DNA of 64,000 nucleotides, taken from contig CAVVAK010000004.1 in the NCBI GenBank assembly GCA_963746335.1, positions 530,825-594,824 of the forward strand. Direction: 5' to 3'. The position numbers and the translations under genes were made by a program. Source of the stretch: an uncultured Actinomycetota bacterium (GTDB taxonomy: Bacteria; Actinomycetota; UBA4738; HRBIN12). The notes under the pieces are model-generated. The model was not told the DNA's origin and ran no database searches. It saw nothing but the letters and a program-made list of their open reading frames with translations. This document shows, one piece after another, positions 8,988 through 18,048 of this stretch. Each line of letters begins with the position of its first letter. Position 1 is the first letter of the stretch.

Positions 8988-9970
8988 TGGGCGAAGCCCA
9001 TCATGGAGAGCTCCGAAAGCCATGAGGACGCTTGCTGCCGCCACGCGATCTGCGCGAGAGGTGGCCGAGCGGGGATCGCGGGGAAGCGCCGCCGTGCCCG
9101 CCCTCTCGCCAGTGACCACCCGGCGCGCAGGACCTGCCTCGCCTCCCCCTGCAGGGCTGCCCGGACGAGATGTGACAGCGCCTCCCGTCGTCTCCCGGAG
9201 AGGAGACACTTGTGCGCCAGGTAGTGATGCAGGGCCCCTCGGTCGATCGTCATCCGATGCTTCTCCTCGAGGATGGCCGCCTCACGAAGGATGAGTCCGA
9301 TGTCGAGCGACGACTGTCCGGAGTGGATCCGATAGCCGACGAGGGGCTCGTCCGCGAACGCGGGGGGGCCGATGCGTGCCAGTCGGATCCACAGGTCCCA
9401 GTCCGCGAGGTTCACCAGACCGAGATCGAACACACCCGCTCGGGCGAGCGTCGCTCGCTCCACCAGCACCCCAGAACAGCCTCCTGGGATCACGCTCCAG
9501 CCCGGGAGTCGCGCCATGACCTCCCTCGGCACGGGGGGTGGAGTGCCGCCGGTGATCCGGCCGGCCTCGTCGATCTTGACGGCGCCCGCATAGACCCACG
9601 CCGAACGAGCATCTTCGGCTGCCTGGAGCTGGCGAGCCAGCTTCGTCGGCGCCCAGAGATCGTCGTCGTCCAAGAAGGCGATCCATCCACCGCGTGCTTC
9701 CTCGATACCTGTGTTGCGGGCCGCGCTGACTCCCTGGGCCTGGTCGTGGCGAAGGAGACGGACGCGAGGATCGCCCACCGAACGCACGGTCGCGGCCGTG
9801 TCGTCGGTCGATCCGTCGTCCACGACGACGATCTCCAGGTCGATGTCTCGCTGCCAGAGCGCACTTCGCAACGTCCTCATCAGCAGCTGGCTCCGATCGT
9901 GCGTCGGGATGACCACCGAGACGAGGGCGCTCGAGTCGGTCACCTCACACCCCGTCCGACCGCTCGGCAT
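8972..9970 (-). CDS. glycosyltransferase family 2 (paralogue C)
   Basis: VSVVIPTHDRSQLLMRTLRSALWQRDIDLEIVVVDDGSTDDT, FLDDDD, NLADWDLWIRLARIGPPAF. I chose ATG 9970; GTG 9943, just after the upstream stop, is an alternative. The ORF-track N-terminus (to 10279) overlaps the sulfotransferase gene. Confidence 0.8.
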   Translation of the reverse strand: MPSGRTGCEVTDSSALVSVVIPTHDRSQLLMRTLRSALWQRDIDLEIVVVDDGSTDDTAATVRSVGDPRVRLLRHDQAQGVSAARNTGIEEARGGWIAFLDDDDLWAPTKLARQLQAAEDARSAWVYAGAVKIDEAGRITGGTPPPVPREVMARLPGWSVIPGGCSGVLVERATLARAGVFDLGLVNLADWDLWIRLARIGPPAFADEPLVGYRIHSGQSSLDIGLILREAAILEEKHRMTIDRGALHHYLAHKCLLSGRRREALSHLVRAALQGEARQVLRAGWSLARGRARRRFPAIPARPPLAQIAWRQQASSWLSELSMMGFAHHGDA

Positions 9971-10943
9971 CACGATCGGTCCGCGCGAGACCCAGACGTT
10001 CCCGGAACGGCCGGGTGGTCGTTCCGATCGTCGTTCGCGCCCGATATCGCAACCTTCTGATGGCCGTGCGAGACGTCCAGGTCCCGTCTCGAGCGCGGTG
10101 GATCGCGATGTCATACGCGGTTCGGATGGGCTCGGCGATGCTGTCGTACCCGAGACGTCGAAGCTGCCGGCCGGCGATCCACTCGAATCGTTCATGCTGT
10201 GCTCGATCCCATGATCGCCACCGCTCGATGGGGTCGAAGTCCTCGCCCCGGGGAACGGGGTCCCAGTGGACGGAGTCATGATCGGGTCCGAAGTAGGTGG
10301 ATGAACCGCGAACAGGAAGTCGTTCGGCCGCCGCGAAGTCGAAATCCTTCTCGTCCAGGTCCAGGAAGCGGAGGAGGGGCGTGATTGAGCCGTGCAGATC
10401 CCGGATCAGATCCTCGTATCGAACGAGCAGGTACCGTCCCTCGTGCTCCCCGTGGTCGGTCGAGGTGAACCGGAGGATCTCGTCGGCGGCCGTGGCCCAA
10501 CTGCGAGCTGCCCGTTCGAACTCCCATCCGAACGTCGCCATGCATGACTGGGTGACCGACCGCCCGTCGCGGACGAGTATCACCAGTCGTGCGCGAGGGA
10601 AGAACGTGAAGAAGCGGTCGATGTGGCGAACGCTCGGGCTCTTCGTGAGCAGACGACGGTCCCGCTCATCCCAGAGGAACGAGAGAAGTCCATCGCCGAT
10701 CGAAGAGGAGAGCTCGTCGGCGAGATCATCCGGGAACTCGCCCCACCGGGGGTCCCATGAGGCCTCGACGGCTCCGACGAACTTCGCGAGATGGTCCGAA
10801 TGTTCCAGGAACAGGTCCTCGCGCACCGGGGGTCTCGCGGGAACGCATGCAGGATGGAGACGAAGGAGATCCCATAGATGATTCGTCCCGCTCCGCGGCA
10901 AGATACCGAGGATGAAGATGGGATCGGGAACCTTGGCGTCCAC
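9945..10943 (-). CDS. sulfotransferase family protein
   Basis: IFILGILPRSGTNHLWDLL (PSB loop) and LLTKSPS...LVILVRDGRSVTQS (3'-PB-like). The size and layout match sulfotransferase domain proteins. Confidence 0.8.
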   Translation of the reverse strand: MDAKVPDPIFILGILPRSGTNHLWDLLRLHPACVPARPPVREDLFLEHSDHLAKFVGAVEASWDPRWGEFPDDLADELSSSIGDGLLSFLWDERDRRLLTKSPSVRHIDRFFTFFPRARLVILVRDGRSVTQSCMATFGWEFERAARSWATAADEILRFTSTDHGEHEGRYLLVRYEDLIRDLHGSITPLLRFLDLDEKDFDFAAAERLPVRGSSTYFGPDHDSVHWDPVPRGEDFDPIERWRSWDRAQHERFEWIAGRQLRRLGYDSIAEPIRTAYDIAIHRARDGTWTSRTAIRRLRYRARTTIGTTTRPFRERLGLARTDRDAERSDGV

Positions 10944-11008
10944 GAGGACCGAGTTGTCTCCTCGCCCGGAGGGGTACGGATGGCTCCGCGCATGCTAACG
11001 GGTCGGCG

Positions 11009-12019
11009 TTGTGGCGGAACCTCCGACGACCGCGACGGGCCGCTCCACGATCGCCCTGGGGACTCTTCGTGACCGCGGTATCCGTGGTGCTTCCCACCCA
11101 CGACCGGAAAGAGTGGTTGCGACTCGCGCTGGCAACCGTTCTCTGGCAGCAGGGGGTGACCGTCGACGCGATCGTCGTCGACGACGGGTCGACCGACGGA
11201 ACCGCGGACATGGTGAGGAGCCTGGACGACCCGAGGGTCAGGGTCCTGCGGCACGATCGCGCGCTGGGAGTCAGCGTGTCACGCAATCACGGCGCCGACG
11301 AAGCGCTCCATGGATGGGTCGCGTTCCTGGACGACGACGATCTGTGGGCTCCGGATAAGTTGCAACGGCAGATCGACGCGGCCGAGCTCGGAGGCCTGGC
11401 TTGGGCGTACACGGGGTCGGTGAACGTGGGCGCGGACCTGGAGCTCGTCGGAGGAGCCCCTCCCCCCTCCCCTGAGAGGGTTGCTCGGAACATCTTCCAC
11501 TTCAACGCCGTCCCCGGTGGCGGGTCCAACGTCGTCGTTCGTCGAGACACGCTCCGGCGGGTCGGTCATTTCGACCACAGGCTCCGGAACACGGAGGACT
11601 GGGAGATGTGGATCCGTCTCACCGAGATCGGCCCGCCGGCATGGGTACCCGATCCTCTCCTCGCCTATCGGGTTCACCGGTTGAACGCATCCCTCGACAT
11701 CGCCGAGATCCTCGCGGGCGTGGAACTGATCGAACGGAACCATGGAACCGATGTCGACCGCGGGGTCCTTCACCGCTGGATCGCGGAGTCCTGTCTCCGG
11801 GCAGGTCGGCGCGGCGCGGCACTCAAGCATCTCGCGATCGCCGCCGGGCGAGGAGAGATCGTCGGTGTCGCGCGTGACCTCGGCGAGATCGTCCGTCGGC
11901 GGCTCGCACGCCGAGGCCTCCTCCCGCACCGACGTGGGCCGAGGCATCCGGATTGGGTCCTCCGCGCCGAACCGTGGCTCTCCAGGGTGCGCGCGATGGA
12001 TACCGAGCAGGAGACGTAG
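11009..12019 (+). CDS. glycosyltransferase family 2 (paralogue D)
   Basis: VSVVLPTHDRKEWLRLALATVLWQQGVTVDAIVVDDGSTDGT, FLDDDD, NTEDWEMWIRLTEIGPPAWVPDPLLAYRVH. Confidence 0.8.
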   Translation: MWRNLRRPRRAAPRSPWGLFVTAVSVVLPTHDRKEWLRLALATVLWQQGVTVDAIVVDDGSTDGTADMVRSLDDPRVRVLRHDRALGVSVSRNHGADEALHGWVAFLDDDDLWAPDKLQRQIDAAELGGLAWAYTGSVNVGADLELVGGAPPPSPERVARNIFHFNAVPGGGSNVVVRRDTLRRVGHFDHRLRNTEDWEMWIRLTEIGPPAWVPDPLLAYRVHRLNASLDIAEILAGVELIERNHGTDVDRGVLHRWIAESCLRAGRRGAALKHLAIAAGRGEIVGVARDLGEIVRRRLARRGLLPHRRGPRHPDWVLRAEPWLSRVRAMDTEQET

Positions 12020-12030
12020 CCGGAGGCGTC

Positions 12031-13311
12031 CTATCCCGATCCTGTAGCGACCGCCCCGGCCGCCGCGTTCGTCTCGGTCGCTCCTGCTCCCCGGGATTTC
12101 CGCTCCAAGGCGGGCCGTTCCACGTAGCGGTACGTCAAGGCCGCGAGCGCCACACCGATGACTCCGAGGATGAAGAGGTTCGCCCAGAATCCCGATTCCC
12201 CGGCGAACGTCATGCCGTGTTGATCCGCCCACCTCTGGAGGGGCTCGTGCCAGAGGAACAGGCTGTAGGAGACCAGACCGATCGCGACCAACACCCGCGT
12301 GCGCAGGATCCGTGTGACGATCGACGTCGAGAGATCCGCCGACGGGAGAACGACGACCGCGAGAAGCAACATCGCGGCGACGCCCGTCAGGGAGTCATAG
12401 AGGACGGCGCCCTGGTACGACGGGATGGCTCCCCGATCGACGAGAAGCACCGTCACGCACACGAGTGCCGCGAGGAACGTGTAGACCGGCACCCGCCACC
12501 ACCTCGGCAGCTCGAGGACACCGTCCTCGATGCCCACCATCACGATGGCAATGATCATCCCGTAGGCGAACAGATCGCAGTAGTTCAGGAAGCTTCTGAC
12601 CAGGATCGAGTGGGCCGTTCCGCTGTCGGGAGGCAGGAGGGTGGACGTCACCCCTGCCGTGACGAGGCTCACCCCGACGAGGAGCAGGGGCGGAGCCAGA
12701 ACCGCGAGGGTCCTGCCTTTCCTCGTCGCGGTTCGGGCCGAGGCGAAGGCGGCCAGCATCCCCAGGAACGGAAGCACGAGATAGAAGACGACCTCGACGG
12801 CAAGGGACCACACGGGGGCGATACCCGTATCGCGGGAATCGGCGAAATAGTTGTGGATCAGCGCCGCGTTCCGGAGCAGGACGGTGGGTTGGTCGACCAG
12901 TCTCCCGAGCTGGAGCTCCGTCGGAGAGACACGGACCAGTGCTGCGGGGAGGATGACCGCGGTCACGATCAGGATCACCCAATAGGCGGGGAGGATCCGC
13001 AGGGCTCGGTTCCGCAGATAGGTCCGGAGGTCCTGGAGCGGGCGTTCGTTGAGCACCCGGGACACGATCGGGCGGTAGAGAAGGAATCCCGACAACACGA
13101 AGAACAGCGTCACGCCGACGCGGAGATGGGGAAGGACGAAGCGACTCAGGTAGCCCAGGTTCGCGGCACTGCCGCCTGCCGCCGTGTAGAGCCAGTTGTG
13201 ATAGACGAGCACGGCGAGCACGGCGATCGCACGGAACCCCTCCACCCCGGCGAGACGCGTGGTCGTGCCGTCCGCCCTCGTGGGCACACGCGCGGGTGAC
13301 GCGAGGCTCAT
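12031..13311 (-). CDS. acyltransferase family 3 (membrane O-acyl/acetyltransferase)
   Basis: GVEGFRAIAVLAVLVYH at the N-terminus, followed by about 10 TM segments, is typical of Acyl_transf_3. ATGA overlap with the upstream gene at 13308-13311. Confidence 0.85.
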   Translation of the reverse strand: MSLASPARVPTRADGTTTRLAGVEGFRAIAVLAVLVYHNWLYTAAGGSAANLGYLSRFVLPHLRVGVTLFFVLSGFLLYRPIVSRVLNERPLQDLRTYLRNRALRILPAYWVILIVTAVILPAALVRVSPTELQLGRLVDQPTVLLRNAALIHNYFADSRDTGIAPVWSLAVEVVFYLVLPFLGMLAAFASARTATRKGRTLAVLAPPLLLVGVSLVTAGVTSTLLPPDSGTAHSILVRSFLNYCDLFAYGMIIAIVMVGIEDGVLELPRWWRVPVYTFLAALVCVTVLLVDRGAIPSYQGAVLYDSLTGVAAMLLLAVVVLPSADLSTSIVTRILRTRVLVAIGLVSYSLFLWHEPLQRWADQHGMTFAGESGFWANLFILGVIGVALAALTYRYVERPALERKSRGAGATETNAAAGAVATGSG

Positions 13312-14414
13312 GGCGCGTCGACGTTGGACGGGTCGGCGAGCCGAGGCGAAGCCACTCCGGGCTGCCGGTCGAAGAAGTCGCCGCTCTCGTCAGGCTCCGT
13401 TCGCGGGAACGACGGCCAGCCTTCGTCATCGGTGGATGGCGCGTCGCCCGCGGCAGCGCTCACCGGAGGCAGCGCGAGATACGCGAGGCGCCTGACCTCC
13501 CGCCGATTGCGGCACACGGAGTCGAGGATCAAGCCTGCCGTGAGACAGATGAACGCGACGATCTGGATCGAGGCGCTCAGCACCGCGGTCGGCAATCGAA
13601 GCACCAACCCGGTCGCGAGGAACTCCTCCACCACGACCGCGCCGAGCGCCACCGCGATGGTCGTGAGCGCAAGGGCGATCGCCGTGAAGAAGCGCAGAGG
13701 CCGCATCTCCTTGAACAGCAGGACCGCGGCGAGAGTGATCCGGATCCCGTCGCGGAGCGTTCGGAGCTTGCGCGCGGAATCCACGTGGCGCGCTCGGTAC
13801 GAGGTGGTCACCTCCGCGTACGGCAACCCGATCTCCGCGGTGTGCGCCGTGAGCTCCGTCTCGATCTCGAACCCGGTGAATCGGACCGGGAAGGTCTTCA
13901 CGAATCTGCGCGACAGCACGCGATATCCGGAGAAGACGTCCGTGAACCGTGTGCCGAACAACATCTTGAGGATCCTGTTGAACAGCCGGTTGCCCACGAC
14001 GTGACCACGTGGGAACGCGCTCCCTTCGGGACGACGGCAGCCGACGACCATGTCCAGGTTCTGATCGACGAGCAATCGCACCATGGCCGGGGAGGCGTCG
14101 GGGTCATACGTGCCGTCACCATCGGCCATCACGTAGACGTCAGCCTCGATGTCGGCGAACATGCGGCAGACGACACTGCCCTTCCCTCGCCGTGGCTCGC
14201 TCCGAACGAGGGCGCCCGCAGCCCTGGCCCGTTCGGCCGTGGCATCGGTCGAGGCGTTGTCGTACACGAAGATCCGGGCGCTCGGAAGCGCCGAACGGAA
14301 CCCGGCGACGACCTCGGCGATGGTGCGTTCCTCGTCTTGACAGGGCAGGAGCACCGCGACGCGCAGCTCGCCGCTCGGGCGGCCGTTCGGACGAGGCGTG
14401 GGGGCGTCAGTCAC
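13308..14414 (-). CDS. polyprenyl-phosphate glycosyltransferase (GtrB/ArnC/DPM1-like GT2 with C-terminal TM helices)
   Basis: VAVLLPCQDEERTIAEVV...VYDNASTDATAE...RGKGSVV...MADGDGTYD, then two C-terminal TM helices (FFTAIALALTTIAVALGAVVV, AVLSASIQIVAFICLTAGLIL). GTG 14414 overlaps the upstream stop by 8 nt. Confidence 0.85.
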   Translation of the reverse strand: MTDAPTPRPNGRPSGELRVAVLLPCQDEERTIAEVVAGFRSALPSARIFVYDNASTDATAERARAAGALVRSEPRRGKGSVVCRMFADIEADVYVMADGDGTYDPDASPAMVRLLVDQNLDMVVGCRRPEGSAFPRGHVVGNRLFNRILKMLFGTRFTDVFSGYRVLSRRFVKTFPVRFTGFEIETELTAHTAEIGLPYAEVTTSYRARHVDSARKLRTLRDGIRITLAAVLLFKEMRPLRFFTAIALALTTIAVALGAVVVEEFLATGLVLRLPTAVLSASIQIVAFICLTAGLILDSVCRNRREVRRLAYLALPPVSAAAGDAPSTDDEGWPSFPRTEPDESGDFFDRQPGVASPRLADPSNVDAP

Positions 14415-16506
14415 GGCGTGCCTCCAAGAGCAGGTTCTTCCCGATCCACCGACCGGTGATGCGATCGAGCGCTCGGCTGGACGGGAAGAGCCATTTATCA
14501 TATCGCGCAACGGACTTCGGGTTGAGTTCACCGTCCCTGGCCAGGAGCCGATACGCGAGGGCAGCGAAGAATCCGACACTATCGACGTACCGGCAACTGA
14601 CGACCCGGAAGCCTGCGCCGCGAACACGATCGCGCAAGAGCCGCAACCGGTAGCGGCGATGATGACCGACCCGGCGGTCCATCGCCGAGAACAGGATCTC
14701 GAAGGCCGGCACGTACAGGATCAGTCGGCCACCCGCATCCGTCACGGCGAAGAGCTGCCGGAGCGCTTCCTCGTCGTCCTCGATGTGCTCGAGGACGTTC
14801 AACGAGTAGACCGAGGCGAACGACGCTCGTCCGAGATCCCGGACTCCGGCGTCGACCGTGAACCCTTCTCGCTCCAGAGACCGGCGGAGCCGCGGGTCCG
14901 GCTCGATGCAACGGACGTCGACGCCTCGCTCGCGCAACCGGCGGGCGTGTGTCCCTGTTCCGGCCCCGAAATCGAGCACGGGACGCGAGGCATCGACGCG
15001 CGTCAGGACGGCGGAGGTCAGGAACTCGTTGTACGAACGAGCGGCTTCCATCGCCTCGAGGTTGGGCACCCCCTGATACGCGGCGGCCGAAGCGTCGAGC
15101 CTTTGCTCGACGGGCCGCTCGGATCGGACGATCTCGCGGAACGAGAGGCGAACCCGACGCCCGGCCACGACCGCAGCCAGCAACAGCAGCGTGGTCCCGA
15201 CGGCGCCCGCGATCAAGCCCTGGCGTCCGAGCGCCCTCATGGCCCCGAGCTGCCACAGGCTGAGCGTCCGCAGACGGTTGAGACCGTCTCGACGATCCTC
15301 GTAGGGATGGGCGATCGAGTAGCGCACGGCACTCGGAAGCAGTGCGAACTGGCGTGTCACCGAGGGACTCGACAGAGGCTGGGTATCGAGGAAGTGCGTC
15401 TCGGGGGGAGGGGGCGACACCTCGAGCAGCTGAGATTCAGGGGAAAGGAAGAAGGCCGGCAGGGAGACCAGGGCTCCGGCCACCAGGATGAGGACGGTGA
15501 TCATCCGACGCGATCCCTTCGACGCCCACGGACCGATCGCCGCGAGCGCCGGGATGAGTCCGGGCAGGAGCAGACGGGGGCCCCAGCACCACCCGCCGTG
15601 CCAGGAGAACCACGTGGCCGCCACGACGAACGTGATCGCGAGGTTCGCGGTGAGGAGCACGGACGTCCAGCGATCCCGCTGCCACAGGAGACGGAGCGCG
15701 AACGGCAGCAGGACGATCACTGGAGCGAACAGCAAGACGCTCTTCGTCGGCTCGAACAACAGGCCACGGGCTCCGGTGAGGAACGGGGTGGTGAAGCCGA
15801 CGTCCTGATACCCGAACCGCAAGGGATCGCCGAAGCGAACGGCGTTGTAGGCGAACATGGCCAGCACACCTGGGACGAGCCCTGCGGTGACCCGCCACGA
15901 TGCCGGCACACCGTCGCGCCGCCACGCGACGAAGAGGAATACCGGTACGAGAAGCAGCGTCTGGGGCCGGGTCAGCACGGCGAGACCCATCGCGAGACCC
16001 GCGGTGGCCGGCTTCCGTGCGAGCCAACGCTCGACGGCGACCACGAGACAGAGCACGACGAGCGGTTCTGAGAAGAACTCCTTGCTGTACGGCAGCATGA
16101 ACGTCCCGACCACCGCCCCTATCCCGACCAGGAGAGCCGCCCAGACGTCCGCTCCCATCCTTCTCCCGAGCCCGAAGAGCGCCACCACCAACGCCGCCGC
16201 GACGATCGGCATGGTGGAAGAAACCACCCCGGAGGAGATGAAGCCTCCGTGGCCGATGAGGCTCGTGATCGGTTTCGACAGGAGGTACGGGATGACGCCG
16301 ACGAGGGACAATCCCAATCCGTATCTGCCGTACTCCAGCCCGTCCGGTCCGGTCAAGGTGTTCCACGCATCGGGGATCGCGAACGTGTGCTCGTCGACCA
16401 TCGACTGCGTCACCGCGTACATGGTCCCGCCGTCGTATCCCGTCACCGTGCCCTGCTGGAACAGCAAGAAGACCGACGCCACGAACAGGAACAGCCAGAG
16501 GGCCAT
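14407..16506 (-). CDS. fusion protein: N-terminal polytopic GT-C-like (PMT_2/ArnT-like) glycosyltransferase plus C-terminal class I SAM-dependent methyltransferase
   Basis: The N-terminal ~470 aa have many TM segments (MALWLFLFVASVFLLF..., GRYGLGLSLVGVIPYLL). The C-terminal ~220 aa carry methyltransferase motif I VLDFGAGTGTHARRL, then SLNVLEHIEDDEEAL and GGRLILYVP. The start was chosen at ATG 16506. Confidence 0.75.
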   Translation of the reverse strand: MALWLFLFVASVFLLFQQGTVTGYDGGTMYAVTQSMVDEHTFAIPDAWNTLTGPDGLEYGRYGLGLSLVGVIPYLLSKPITSLIGHGGFISSGVVSSTMPIVAAALVVALFGLGRRMGADVWAALLVGIGAVVGTFMLPYSKEFFSEPLVVLCLVVAVERWLARKPATAGLAMGLAVLTRPQTLLLVPVFLFVAWRRDGVPASWRVTAGLVPGVLAMFAYNAVRFGDPLRFGYQDVGFTTPFLTGARGLLFEPTKSVLLFAPVIVLLPFALRLLWQRDRWTSVLLTANLAITFVVAATWFSWHGGWCWGPRLLLPGLIPALAAIGPWASKGSRRMITVLILVAGALVSLPAFFLSPESQLLEVSPPPPETHFLDTQPLSSPSVTRQFALLPSAVRYSIAHPYEDRRDGLNRLRTLSLWQLGAMRALGRQGLIAGAVGTTLLLLAAVVAGRRVRLSFREIVRSERPVEQRLDASAAAYQGVPNLEAMEAARSYNEFLTSAVLTRVDASRPVLDFGAGTGTHARRLRERGVDVRCIEPDPRLRRSLEREGFTVDAGVRDLGRASFASVYSLNVLEHIEDDEEALRQLFAVTDAGGRLILYVPAFEILFSAMDRRVGHHRRYRLRLLRDRVRGAGFRVVSCRYVDSVGFFAALAYRLLARDGELNPKSVARYDKWLFPSSRALDRITGRWIGKNLLLEARRD

Positions 16507-16569
16507 GCGCCGCTCGGAACCCTCGGGCGGTGGGACGTCTCGCACGCCACGACGATAATCGAGCCCGCG

Positions 16570-18048
16570 ATGGCCCCGATAGCCCAACACTCGGATGAGC
16601 GTCGAAGGAAGGGTGGTCCGGTTCGGGGTCGATGGGTTCCGCTCATCGGCATCGGGAGCGGGATGCTGTATCTCGCTCTGGCGGTCGCACAAGATGCGCT
16701 TCATCGCCCGCCTGTGGATGCCGAGCCGACGCTGGCTCCCTTCGTCGTCTACACGGCGGTCACCATCGGCCTGTTCGCGCTCTTCATCACGCTGCTCGTT
16801 CTGTGCGCGAGGTACGGACCGTTCACCCGCCGCCAGCGCGTGCTCGCGATCTCGTTCCCGATCGTGTTCAACGTGGCGTTCCTGTTCACTCCCCCGACCC
16901 TGTCCATCGACCTCCTCTCCTACATCTCACACGGCTACATCGAGACGACGATGGGCGGGAACCCGCTCGTGGAGCCGAGCTCGTCGGTAGCCGGCACGCC
17001 CCTCGGGACCGAGCTCCTGCGCTACGGCTGGCGGCCGGTTCACCCGGCATCGCCGTACGGGCCCGCGTGGACACGTGTCGAAGCCTCCGCCGCTCGTTCG
17101 TTCGATGATGCGCGGAGCCAGATGGTCGTGCTGAAGCTCGTCGTCGTGGCGGCGAGCCTCGGGACGGCTCTGCTCATCTGGTCGATCCTCGGCCGTGTGA
17201 GACCCGAGCTTCGCCTCCTCGGGACACTCGCGTACCTCTGGAACCCGATGATCGTCATGGAGCTCGCGGGCGACGGTCACAACGACGCCGTGATGGTGTT
17301 CTTCGTGCTGCTGGGGCTCTTCCTGACGATCGAGCGACGAGTCGTCGGAGGGATCGTCGCCACGTCGCTCGGGGCCCTGACGAAGTACGTGCCGATCCTG
17401 TTCTTGCCACTGCAGATCGCATGGATGTGGCGCACACGCCCGAGCACGAGTCGCTTCGCGGGCCGGGTGCTGGCCGGAGCCGCCGTGGCGGCGCTGCTGA
17501 CCGTGGGTCTGTACGCCGGCTATTGGGAGGGGTCCGATACGTGGACGGGCGTGCGGCTCGCAGGACGACCGGGCAGTACGGGATCGACCCAAACGATGAT
17601 CATCGAGCTCCTGTCACGGATCGTGTCGCCGGCATCGGTCGAGTCGTTCGTTCCCATCCTCGCCGTCCTCGGGCTGATCGCGTACGTGGGCTACCAGGCC
17701 CGGACCATCGCGGACGGAAGGGACCTGCTCACCGGATGCGCGGCCCTCGCCCTCGTCTACCTGCTCTTCATCTCGCCCAGCTACTGGCCCTGGTATGCCG
17801 TTCTGCCGGTCGCGCTCCTTGCTCTCGTGCCGACCGGCCCTTCGTTGCTCGTTCTTCTCGCCGTCTCGCTCGGCTCCCGTCTGGCCGCCCCGTTGGACCT
17901 GCTGTTCGTCCACGAACTCCTGAGTCGACGGGTGTTCTTCGCTCTCACGTGGATCCTCGGCCTCGGCATCCCCATGCTGGCATGGGGAGTGTCGAGGGTT
18001 CGGCCTCGCGGCCTCTCCTTCACTCCGGGGTCGTCACCGCGTCCTTGA
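16570..18048 (+). CDS. polytopic membrane protein, GT-C/DUF2029-like (polyprenyl-phosphate-sugar-dependent glycosyltransferase candidate)
   Basis: About 12 TM segments. LAYLWNPMIVMELAGDGHNDAVMVFFVLLGL and LTKYVPILFLPL resemble the loop motifs of DUF2029/mannosyltransferase-type GT-C proteins. The start is uncertain (ATG 16570 or 16663). Confidence 0.6.
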   Translation: MAPIAQHSDERRRKGGPVRGRWVPLIGIGSGMLYLALAVAQDALHRPPVDAEPTLAPFVVYTAVTIGLFALFITLLVLCARYGPFTRRQRVLAISFPIVFNVAFLFTPPTLSIDLLSYISHGYIETTMGGNPLVEPSSSVAGTPLGTELLRYGWRPVHPASPYGPAWTRVEASAARSFDDARSQMVVLKLVVVAASLGTALLIWSILGRVRPELRLLGTLAYLWNPMIVMELAGDGHNDAVMVFFVLLGLFLTIERRVVGGIVATSLGALTKYVPILFLPLQIAWMWRTRPSTSRFAGRVLAGAAVAALLTVGLYAGYWEGSDTWTGVRLAGRPGSTGSTQTMIIELLSRIVSPASVESFVPILAVLGLIAYVGYQARTIADGRDLLTGCAALALVYLLFISPSYWPWYAVLPVALLALVPTGPSLLVLLAVSLGSRLAAPLDLLFVHELLSRRVFFALTWILGLGIPMLAWGVSRVRPRGLSFTPGSSPRP

